A DNA stretch of 64,000 bases from Candidatus Aenigmatarchaeota archaeon (GTDB taxonomy: Archaea > Aenigmatarchaeota > Aenigmatarchaeia > CG10238-14 > SpSt-28), in assembly GCA_036824555.1 (NCBI GenBank), contig DAISZX010000001.1, forward strand, positions 644-64,643, read 5' to 3'. The translations under genes were made by a program, and so were the position numbers. How positions within the stretch are numbered: the first letter of the stretch is position 1; each line of letters begins with the position of its first letter. This document shows positions 38,726-46,637 of this stretch, one piece after another. The notes beneath the pieces were generated by a model. It was not told where the DNA came from, searched no databases, and saw only the letters and a list, made by a program, of their open reading frames with translations.

Positions 38726-39988
38726 TTATACTTCCAAGCTAGCAAGAAAAAGTGGCACGTCTTCTCTTGTTAGAAGATGTATTTTTTCTAAATGTTTTGG
38801 CTTAATCCAGCTTCTGCCAACTCTTTTTACTTCTATTCCAATCTGTTTCTTACCTAATTTCACGACTATATCAACTTCGCTTCCATTTCTCCAGTAAAAA
38901 GTTTCATACTTTCGTGATAAATGAGACGCTACTGTAGCTTCTAGAATTGATGGTTCATCTTTCTCTGCTCTCACAAATTCACAAATAGTTTCATACAGAA
39001 ATGGATCAGTTATATGGATTTTTTTATTCTTTCTTGAAACAACTTTCGAGTCGGGAGATAGAAAGTTTAATATTTCGACCACAAACAACTTTTTCAAATC
39101 CTCTACATATGCTTGTGTTGTATGGGGAGATGCTATCGAAGTCTCCCTTGAAATATTTAGCCAACTAATTGGAGTGCCCCTGGAATTTATTATGTAAGAT
39201 AAAATTTCTTTCATGTAACTTTCATTCCTATTAAATTTTCTAAAATCGTTTTTTAACCAATCTATATAAATCTTTCTTGTCTCATAAGAAATTTTCCCTT
39301 TAGAATAGAATTCAATAATTGGTAAGGGGAAACCACCAGTATAAAGATAATTGTTGAAAAGTTGAACTAGAATTGATAGGTGAACTCTATTAGCACTCAT
39401 TGCCCTCTCAACATCTTCAACATCTCTCCTAACTACTTCAATATTTTTAATACAATAAACATAATCTCCAAAGCTAAGTGGATAAAAATAAATATCTATT
39501 CCTTTTCCTCGCCTTCCAGGAAAATATTCTTTCTGTTTTAAAATATCTAAGCTTGCCGATCCGCTAACAATTATAACATCGTTTTTAAATATTCCCTTAT
39601 CTATTCTAGCTTTAACAGCTCTGTACCATTCATCAACAAAGGTTATTTCATCCAAAATTATAAAAGAAGACTTAACTTTGTTTGCATTCCTAAAGGCAAT
39701 GTAGTTATCCAAAATTTCGCCCAATTCTCTAAAATCTGTTAATTCATCGCAAGAGTAGTAAAATATAGATTTTGGGTCGTTTCCACCTAAAATGAGCTCA
39801 TGAATGTATATTTTCAAGGCTGTTGTTTTTCCTACTTGTCTAGGTCCGACTAAAAAATTGAGGGAGAATGGTTGAAAACTGAATAGCCTTAATATGGGTG
39901 GAATCCATTTTATTGGCGATGTTTCCCACTCCTCATATTTCCTATCCTTCTCCCCATACCACCAAGGATTTTGATCTTCCATTTGCAA
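38726..39988 (-). CDS. AAA+ ATPase (AAA_14 N-domain, DUF4143 C-domain family)
   Basis: VGPRQVGKTT Walker A, IILDEITFV Walker B; the track start at 39988 is a TTG, the first ATG is at 39982. Confidence 0.75.
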   Translation of the reverse strand: MQMEDQNPWWYGEKDRKYEEWETSPIKWIPPILRLFSFQPFSLNFLVGPRQVGKTTALKIYIHELILGGNDPKSIFYYSCDELTDFRELGEILDNYIAFRNANKVKSSFIILDEITFVDEWYRAVKARIDKGIFKNDVIIVSGSASLDILKQKEYFPGRRGKGIDIYFYPLSFGDYVYCIKNIEVVRRDVEDVERAMSANRVHLSILVQLFNNYLYTGGFPLPIIEFYSKGKISYETRKIYIDWLKNDFRKFNRNESYMKEILSYIINSRGTPISWLNISRETSIASPHTTQAYVEDLKKLFVVEILNFLSPDSKVVSRKNKKIHITDPFLYETICEFVRAEKDEPSILEATVASHLSRKYETFYWRNGSEVDIVVKLGKKQIGIEVKRVGRSWIKPKHLEKIHLLTREDVPLFLASLEV

Positions 39989-40035
39989 TATTATTGCAAA
40001 TGCATTTAAATAGTATTTGCAATATTATTGCAAAT
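39981..40035. promoter_or_regulatory. two tandem copies of a 21-bp palindrome ATTTGCAATATTATTGCAAAT flanking a TTTAAATA TATA-like box
   Basis: copy 1 39981-40001, copy 2 40015-40035 (exact repeats, each near-perfectly self-complementary); TATA-like 40005-40012 lies about 23-30 nt upstream of the ATG of the minus-strand AAA ATPase. Confidence 0.45.
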
Positions 40036-40260
40036 ATACATATTTTTAAGGTCATGGTTTATGATATACCTTACAATTTTTGATAGTTTTTCAGGAGAAA
40101 GGAGAGTGTTGAAAACTGTATTATAACACTGAATCAAAAGTCTGTGAGAACCAAAGGCATTTTGTGTTCTGTAAGGAAAATAACTATTTTTATTACTTTT
40201 TGAGTGTATCAGCAACAAAAACACCTTCCTTTTTTAGCTATTTCTGCAGACCTTATTATC

Positions 40261-40277
40261 AAAAAAAAAGGGGGGGG
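40261..40277. repeat. A9G8 homopolymer tract
   Basis: aaaaaaaaagggggggg read directly; a G8 run is conspicuous in this AT-rich sequence. Confidence 0.9.
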
Positions 40278-40317
40278 CGAAAGCTTTATAAGCTCATAGA
40301 AGAAATTCTAAAATATA

Positions 40318-40360
40318 GATCCTCAGCGTGGATCTTTTTTTTAGATCCATGCTGAGGATC
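40318..40360 (+). promoter_or_regulatory. 18-bp inverted repeat (GATCCTCAGCGTGGATCT / AGATCCATGCTGAGGATC) with T7 loop; stem-loop in the leader of the DGQHR gene
   Basis: arms complementary at 17 of 18 positions (the mismatch is G-U in RNA); preceded by TATA-like ttctaaaatata, followed by GGAGGTG RBS and the ATG at 40389. Confidence 0.5.
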
Positions 40361-40388
40361 TATTAACTAGCATAGGAGGTGGTATAAG

Positions 40389-41486
40389 ATGAAAATTAGG
40401 GCGATTGAATTTAATCAACATGGGAAGAGATTTTACCTTGCTGCAATGAAGGCCAAAGACTTAGTTAGTAGATATAAGGTCGATGTCTGGACACCAGAAA
40501 ATGATAGTGGGTATCAAAGAGTTTTATCTGCATCTAGAGTTAAATCCTTCGCTAGGTTTGTAATGGAAAAGGGCATCTCGCCACTTTCAATACTTCTAAA
40601 CATAAGAGACGTAGATAAGGTCCGATACGAGAATGATCATCTAATACTACCAGATGACATTACCCTATGGGTAGTTGATGGTCAGCACAGATTGGAGGGA
40701 CTAAAAGAAGCTATACAAACTGACGCAAGTCTTAAAGAATTCGAGATTCCGGTGGTTATAATGCAGGAAAGAGAGGTGTATGAAGAAGCTAAACAGTTTG
40801 TAATAATAAACCGTACACAAAAGGGGGTCAGGTCCGATCTCGCTGAAAGATTTCTCCAAAAAATGGTAGAAGAGGAAGGCCGACGTAGATTAATCGAACA
40901 AAGAGATAGAGGCATTCTGAGAGAAGTTTTGAGAGGAATAGAGTGGAAATATAAAGCGATAAAAATAGTTGACGAATTAAATACCAATGAAGATTCTCCA
41001 TGGAAAGATTTGATAAGACTCCCAAACACACCAAGGGGTAAAACTATAATTGCACAAAAATCTTTCATGGATTCACTCCAACCAATACTCACAGATGCTT
41101 TCTTCGAAACAAAAGACGAAAATCTTATAGCTAAAGCCCTCATAAACTACTGGAACGCGATTAAAGAATTATGTAGAGAAGCCTTCGAAGATCCAGAAGA
41201 GTACGTAATTCAAAAAACTACGGGAGTTTTTGTACTACACAAGATATTTCCAAAGGTGACTGAATATTGTGTCAATGAAAAGGGTAGAAGGGTACTAACT
41301 AAAGAGAAATTTAAAGAGGTTCTTAGAAGACTAGGAGATGCTATGAGAAGTGAGTATTGGCATCGACAGGGAGAAGCCGGGTTGCGTGGAACCAGCCAGA
41401 AAACTTTCAATTTATTGGCACAAGAATTAAAAGAGAGACTAGAAGTAGAAGAAAGTCCATTGAGTCGTCAAGAAATTGTAGTTTAA
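40389..41486 (+). CDS. DGQHR-domain protein (DndB-like, ParB/Srx-fold)
   Basis: LWVVDGQHRLEGLKEA signature; 365 aa; GGAGGTG RBS; composition noticeably more GC-rich than the flanks. Confidence 0.75.
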   Translation: MKIRAIEFNQHGKRFYLAAMKAKDLVSRYKVDVWTPENDSGYQRVLSASRVKSFARFVMEKGISPLSILLNIRDVDKVRYENDHLILPDDITLWVVDGQHRLEGLKEAIQTDASLKEFEIPVVIMQEREVYEEAKQFVIINRTQKGVRSDLAERFLQKMVEEEGRRRLIEQRDRGILREVLRGIEWKYKAIKIVDELNTNEDSPWKDLIRLPNTPRGKTIIAQKSFMDSLQPILTDAFFETKDENLIAKALINYWNAIKELCREAFEDPEEYVIQKTTGVFVLHKIFPKVTEYCVNEKGRRVLTKEKFKEVLRRLGDAMRSEYWHRQGEAGLRGTSQKTFNLLAQELKERLEVEESPLSRQEIVV

Positions 41487-41612
41487 TAACTTTGGTTTTT
41501 TACTTTTTTATTTTTTGGAGCAAAGTATAGAAGTCAGCGGAAGCCAAATTATAATGTCTTGGTAGCCTAATACGATCCTTTTTCTAAGAAATCCATTTTA
41601 TGTTTGATTATT

Positions 41613-41724
41613 CGCCGGGGGTGGGATTCGAACCCACAAGGGCGTTAAAGCCCACCGGTTTTCTTCATATCTCTCAGATCTCGATAACTCGAGACCGGTG
41701 CCATACCAGTTAGGCGACCCCGGC
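41613..41724 (-). tRNA. tRNA-Ser (anticodon CGA), type II, with about 28-nt intron after position 37
   Basis: hand fold of reverse complement: acceptor GCCGGGG/CCCCGGC, G73, anticodon stem CCGGT/ACCGG, loop CTCGAG, intron TTATCGAGATC... pairing the loop, variable arm GGGC-TTTAAC-GCCC, T-arm GTGGG-TTCGAAT-CCCAC. Confidence 0.7.
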
Positions 41725-41750
41725 CCATAATAAGTTATTACTAGCAAAAT

Positions 41751-42482
41751 TTAGAAAACTTCAGTCCCAGAGTGTTTTCCTTCTATAGCACTTATTATTT
41801 CCTTTGGATTTCTGCCGTCAATAACTATAAGTTTAATTCTACTTTTCTTTAAGAGCTTTGCAGCCTTTAAGTCAAATAGCCTATATTCTCCAGGCCTTTG
41901 AGGATTTTTTGAAATTATTTTTATAAAATCATCATAAGTTAGTCTTTCAAATTTTTTAGCATCCTTGAACTTATTCGGATCTTTATCATAAATTCCATCT
42001 ACATTCGTTGCGTTGATAACAACATCTGCTTTGATCAAAGAGGCAAAGTAGGCGGAATCAAAATCTGTAGAACAACCAACATCATAGCCAGCACAAACAA
42101 GAACTTTCTTTCCAAAATGTTTTTTGACCTCTTTTGAAGCTTCTTTTAAACTTTTCCACTTAACTAAGTAAGAATTTTTCACTAGTGTAGAAAAAGTTGC
42201 AGCATTTATGTGAGTTGCCATTATTCCTATAAAATCAAGCATTTCATTACTTGCCTTTGCTTTTCTTGCAATACTTTGATAAATTCTTGCCGTACTTCCG
42301 CCACCACAGACGACAATAATCTTGTGTTCTTTTGAAATTTTATTTACAATATCAGCATATTTTTTAAAATTATCATAGCTTAACTCTTTGGTCAATAGCG
42401 AGCCTCCAATAGAAATTACTACTTTCATATTAGTTTTATGCTTAATAATTATATAAGGTTGGTAGTTTGAGGTGACTCTCAT
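41751..42482 (-). CDS. pyrH: uridylate (UMP) kinase
   Basis: amino-acid-kinase fold MKVVISIGGSLL...VVCGGG; the true start is probably the internal MKVV at about 42431. Confidence 0.85.
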   Translation of the reverse strand: MRVTSNYQPYIIIKHKTNMKVVISIGGSLLTKELSYDNFKKYADIVNKISKEHKIIVVCGGGSTARIYQSIARKAKASNEMLDFIGIMATHINAATFSTLVKNSYLVKWKSLKEASKEVKKHFGKKVLVCAGYDVGCSTDFDSAYFASLIKADVVINATNVDGIYDKDPNKFKDAKKFERLTYDDFIKIISKNPQRPGEYRLFDLKAAKLLKKSRIKLIVIDGRNPKEIISAIEGKHSGTEVF

Positions 42483-42894
42483 GAGAATTTATCAAAGCGA
42501 AGTAAAGTTAAGAACAAAAGGGGCGTATGACTTTTTAGATATAAGCGAAAGGATAATAGAGGAAGTAAAAAGAAGCGGAGTTAAGAATGGTATGGCTTTC
42601 TTAAACGTTTTACATAATACTGCTTGCTTAATAATTCAAGAAAACGATAAAACAATATTTGAGGATATGAAAAAACTTTTCGATAGAATATTGCCGTTAA
42701 ATGAAAATTATACTCATAGCTATGAAGGTAACTTAAATGCCACTGCTCATTTAAAATCGAATTTGCTTTCTCAATCTTTAGCTTTACCGATAAAAAATGG
42801 AGAGCTTGTTCTTGGAACTTGGCAAAGAATAATTCTTGTTGAATTATTTGAACCGAGAGTAAGAACCGTTTTTATTACAATTATGGGTGAGTAG
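42472..42894 (+). CDS. YjbQ/UPF0047 family protein
   Basis: HNTACLIIQENDK...NATAHLKSNLLSQSLALPIKNGELVLGTWQRIILVELFEPRVR family signature; 140 aa. Confidence 0.8.
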   Translation: MTLMRIYQSEVKLRTKGAYDFLDISERIIEEVKRSGVKNGMAFLNVLHNTACLIIQENDKTIFEDMKKLFDRILPLNENYTHSYEGNLNATAHLKSNLLSQSLALPIKNGELVLGTWQRIILVELFEPRVRTVFITIMGE

Positions 42895-44418
42895 GTGCAA
42901 TTAAAGGGCATAGAGTTGAGGGAGTATCAAAAGAATATTGCAAATACCTGTCTGAAAGGAAACACTTTAGTTGTACTACCAACTGGCTTAGGGAAAACAA
43001 TCATTGCAATTTATGTTGCTGTCAAAAGATTAGAACAATTCCCAGATGGTAAGATACTCTTCATGGCTCCTACTAGACCTTTAAATGCCCAGCATGTTAA
43101 ATCATTCCTTCAATTCACAGATTTAAGCAGCGAAGAAGTAGCCTTAATAACAGGCAAAATAAAGCCCGATAAAAGAATAGAACTATACAGAAAGGCCAGG
43201 GTTATTGTTGCCACTCCTCAAACAATAGCTAATGATTTGAAAGAAAATAGAATACATCTGGAAGATTTCATTCTCGCAGTTTTTGATGAAGCCCATAGAG
43301 CTGTAAAAGATTACTCTTATACTGAAGTGGCAAAGGCATACCTTATACAAGCGAAAAATCCTTTGATAATTGGTCTAACTGCATCTCCTGGCGGAGAGGA
43401 AGAGAGAATAAATGAGGTTATTAGAAATTTGTTTATCAAATTTGTTGAAATAAGGACAGAAAGCGATCCAGATGTTAGACCTTACGTTAAACAAATTGAG
43501 AAAGAGTATGTTTATGTAGAATTGCCTTCAGACCTTGATGAAATAAGGAGAAAATTGCTTGAAATATATGATGAAATTCTAGAGTGGTTGAAAGAACACA
43601 TGTTTATTAAATCTAAAGACGTTTCTAAGAAGGAACTTTTAAATCTACAGAACTCTTTGATTGCAAGCTATGATAGAGGAATGAATAACCCAATAAATGT
43701 TTGGGGTATGATTAAAGTTTCTCAGGCATTAAAAGTTCTTTATGCCATAGAGATTTTGGAAACTCAAGAAATAACCGCATTTACAAGCTATCTAAGAGAG
43801 CTTAGAATGAGCAAAAAAAGAGCAGAAAGACTTTTAATAGCTCATAAAAATTTTAAAGAAATTTTTGGGAAGTTAGAAGAGATAGAAAATAAATACAAAG
43901 TTCACCCAAAAATGGAAAAGTTGCTTTCGATTGTAAATTACATCCTAAAAGAGAATGATAAAAACAGAGTTATAATTTTCGCTAATTATAGAGAGACTGT
44001 GGAAAAAATAAGGAACTTCTTAGTGGAAAATGGGATTAAAGCTGAAATTCTAGTGGGTCAGGCCAAGAAGAGAGGTAAAGGGCTAAGTCAAAAAGAACAA
44101 ATCGAGATTGTGAGAAGGTTTGCTAATAATGAATTTAATGTTTTAGTTTGCTCTAGTATAGGCGAGGAAGGATTAGATATTGCCTCCGTAAACTATGCAA
44201 TATTTTATGATGCTGTACCAAGCGAGATAAGAGCAATACAAAGAAGAGGGAGAGTCGGTAGGCAAACTGAAGGTAAAGTAATTTTCATACTAACTAAAGG
44301 AAGTAGAGATCAAATATACTTTTTCTCTTCTTTAATGAAAGAGAAAAAAATGAAGAGATTGTTGAAAAATATGAGATATATTAAAAAAAGAGAAAGTCTA
44401 ATGGACTGGCTTAAGTGA
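42895..44418 (+). CDS. hef: Hef-type (FANCM/XPF-family) superfamily-2 helicase; helicase part only
   Basis: LPTGLGKT Walker A, AVFDEAHRAV DEAH box, helicase C-terminal motifs (QRRGRVGR); ends 4 nt before the nuclease ORF. Confidence 0.8.
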   Translation: MQLKGIELREYQKNIANTCLKGNTLVVLPTGLGKTIIAIYVAVKRLEQFPDGKILFMAPTRPLNAQHVKSFLQFTDLSSEEVALITGKIKPDKRIELYRKARVIVATPQTIANDLKENRIHLEDFILAVFDEAHRAVKDYSYTEVAKAYLIQAKNPLIIGLTASPGGEEERINEVIRNLFIKFVEIRTESDPDVRPYVKQIEKEYVYVELPSDLDEIRRKLLEIYDEILEWLKEHMFIKSKDVSKKELLNLQNSLIASYDRGMNNPINVWGMIKVSQALKVLYAIEILETQEITAFTSYLRELRMSKKRAERLLIAHKNFKEIFGKLEEIENKYKVHPKMEKLLSIVNYILKENDKNRVIIFANYRETVEKIRNFLVENGIKAEILVGQAKKRGKGLSQKEQIEIVRRFANNEFNVLVCSSIGEEGLDIASVNYAIFYDAVPSEIRAIQRRGRVGRQTEGKVIFILTKGSRDQIYFFSSLMKEKKMKRLLKNMRYIKKRESLMDWLK

Positions 44419-44422
44419 TTTT

Positions 44423-45076
44423 ATGGAGAAACAACTTAGCTTAGCAAATAACGTAATTTTCGTTGATTATAGGGAAGAGAAAATTGCGGGCTTGTTGGAG
44501 AGTATGGGTTGCAGAGTTGTAAGATTAAAACTAGAGGTTGGTGACTATGCGATAAATAGAATAGGAATAGAAAGGAAGAGCTTTGACGACTTCGTATCAT
44601 CGATAATAGACGGAAGAATTTTTGGGCAAGCAAATGAACTTTCTTCAACATATGAGAAACCAATTTTAATCTTAGAAGGATTTGGAGTAGTCGAAAGGAT
44701 TCACGAAAATTCTTTTTATGCTACTCTCGCATACCTTATTTCTAAGTTGGGGATTACCGTTTTTAGGAGTAAGAATGAAGAGGAAACAGCTAAAACAATT
44801 TTTTGGATTGCAAAAAAAGAGTTTGAAGAAGGTGGTAGAGCGGCTTATAAGGTTAGAGAGAAGAAAGTCGAGGTAGGAAGCATTCAGGAGAGAATAATAG
44901 CGGCTTTTCCAGGAATTTCTACAGTCTTAAGTAAAAGAATACTAAAAAAATTTGGTAGCTTGCAAAAATTCTTTGCTGCTGGAGAGAAAGAGTTGATGGA
45001 GATCGATGGAATAGGAGAGAAGATCGCTAAGAGAATAAGAAAAATAATAGAAGAGGAGGTTGAGGTGGTCAGTTGA
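44423..45076 (+). CDS. ERCC4-type (XPF/Hef) nuclease domain with C-terminal HhH2 dimerisation domain
   Basis: FVDYRE...GDYAINRIGIERKSFDD ERCC4 catalytic motif; C-terminal tandem HhH (ISTVLSKRILKKFGSL...IDGIGEKIAKRI). Confidence 0.8.
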   Translation: MEKQLSLANNVIFVDYREEKIAGLLESMGCRVVRLKLEVGDYAINRIGIERKSFDDFVSSIIDGRIFGQANELSSTYEKPILILEGFGVVERIHENSFYATLAYLISKLGITVFRSKNEEETAKTIFWIAKKEFEEGGRAAYKVREKKVEVGSIQERIIAAFPGISTVLSKRILKKFGSLQKFFAAGEKELMEIDGIGEKIAKRIRKIIEEEVEVVS

Positions 45077-46116
45077 AGAGCGTGATAGTAGGATTGGATG
45101 CCGGCCTTAATTCTGCTTTAGCCATACTTTCTTTAAGCGGTGACTTACTTTTTCTTGAAACTTTTAGAGGTTATAATAGAGGGGAAATAATAAGGAAAAT
45201 TATAAAATTTGGTAGGCCTATCTTGATTTCTACCGATAAGAGGGAAACACCAAAAGCAGCTAAAGAGATCGCAAGTTCTTTTGGTTGTAGGATTTTAAGA
45301 CCTAGGAGAGATTTGAGTAGGGAGGAGAAAGAAGAGGTAACAAGGGATTATAAAGACTTAATAAAAGATAGTCATCAGCTCGATGCCTTGTCTTCAGCCA
45401 TCTTTGCTTATAGGAAGGTGAAAAAGAAGATTGAAGCTGTTGAGAGATATTTAATGAGAAGGGGTCTTATTAGCTATTTGGATGAAGTTGTTTATTATCT
45501 TTTCAAACTTAGGGGAGTAAATATAGAGCAGGTAATTGAGAAATTTGTTAGTGGGGAGAGAGAAATAAAGAAAGAGGAGTCAGCTTTAAAGTTTGAAAAA
45601 AAGGAAGATATTTTTGTTGAGTTTTTGGAAGAGAGATTAAGGTTAGAGAAAGAGTTAGATAGGTTTAGAGAAGAACTATCATCATATAAGAAAATGAAGC
45701 TAAGATTTGATGAGTTGTTAGAGTTGAAAAGAGATTTCTCAAAGCTAAAGCACTATTTTAATTTGTTAAAAGATATGGAAAAGGCATGGAATTTAGGTCT
45801 AATTCCCGTTCTACCATTAGAAAAAATAGAGAATTTAGATGAATTAGAAAATTATATTGGATTAGAGGGGAGGATTATTTTTTCTAATGATGTCGATGGT
45901 TTTAATTCGCTCGGAAAGTATAGTGTAAAGTGTGTTTTGACAGAATTCTCACCTAAAAGCGAGACGAAATTCCCAGTTTTAAAGATTAGAAGAGATGAGT
46001 TAAGAGAAGTTGGGAGTGTTTATGGTATAGAAGAGAAGAAGATAAATAACAAATTGTTAGAGGCAATGAAGGAGGAATTGAAGAAATGGGTAGAAGAAGA
46101 AAGAGGAAAGATTTAA
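45073..46116 (+). CDS. predicted RNase-H-fold nuclease (RuvC/YqgF-like, COG2433/DUF460-type) with coiled-coil region
   Basis: N-terminal VIVGLDAGLNSALAILS resembles YqgF/RuvC resolvase start; central K/E-rich coiled coil; 4-nt overlap with the nuclease gene. Confidence 0.5.
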   Translation: MKSVIVGLDAGLNSALAILSLSGDLLFLETFRGYNRGEIIRKIIKFGRPILISTDKRETPKAAKEIASSFGCRILRPRRDLSREEKEEVTRDYKDLIKDSHQLDALSSAIFAYRKVKKKIEAVERYLMRRGLISYLDEVVYYLFKLRGVNIEQVIEKFVSGEREIKKEESALKFEKKEDIFVEFLEERLRLEKELDRFREELSSYKKMKLRFDELLELKRDFSKLKHYFNLLKDMEKAWNLGLIPVLPLEKIENLDELENYIGLEGRIIFSNDVDGFNSLGKYSVKCVLTEFSPKSETKFPVLKIRRDELREVGSVYGIEEKKINNKLLEAMKEELKKWVEEERGKI

Positions 46117-46637
46117 TTTTAACTTTTTTGGATTTTGTTATAACAATAAATTTGTTCTCAATACCCCTTTATCTATTCATAAATTTCGGATTTGAGTTAC
46201 CCTTTCTTAAAAATCTAGAAGCTACTCTCGCTTCAAAATTTCTTAGTTTTCTAGGATTGAACGCAAGTAGCTCGGAAAATTTTGTAATTATTGATAATAG
46301 CTTATATGAAATTTCTTGGGATTCCACCGGCTGGAAGAGCCTTTATACATTTTTCGCATTGGTAATTTCGACCCCTATATTTCATAAAAGAAAGCTTAAA
46401 CCACTTCTTTTTGGTTTGTTTGCAATATTCATTTTTAACTTATTAAGGATTTCAGCAACTATTTATCTATCTTACAAGCAACTCTACTCTTTTGATTTTC
46501 TCCACTTAAGTTTATGGAGATTCGGCTCCATCGCTTTTCTTCTTCTACTTTGGTTTATATTCTTGTATACACAAAAGAATAATATTGGGGAAAATAAAAA
46601 TATATTAGGTTTTGTCTATGGAAGAGGAAAACCTTAA
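46086..46637 (+). CDS. polytopic membrane protein, possibly exosortase/archaeosortase-like with Cys-to-Ser substitution
   Basis: WDSTGWKSL aligns with exosortase aCSGlRSl active-site block but with Ser in place of Cys; conserved N..R (FNLLRIS) downstream; weak call. Confidence 0.3.
   Translation: MGRRRKRKDLILTFLDFVITINLFSIPLYLFINFGFELPFLKNLEATLASKFLSFLGLNASSSENFVIIDNSLYEISWDSTGWKSLYTFFALVISTPIFHKRKLKPLLFGLFAIFIFNLLRISATIYLSYKQLYSFDFLHLSLWRFGSIAFLLLLWFIFLYTQKNNIGENKNILGFVYGRGKP

Noticed and set aside
40006-40355. ORFs 40006..40224 (-) and 40164..40355 (+) in the ATPase/DGQHR gap
   Set aside because: Low-complexity products that read through the palindromic operators and the A9G8 tract; no RBS or promoter logic; treated as non-coding (possibly gene debris).
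41751-42482. 11-nt overlap between pyrH and the divergent YjbQ gene
   Set aside because: Caused by the ORF track using the most upstream ATG; the conserved UMP kinase start MKVVISIGG is at about 42431, which removes the overlap.
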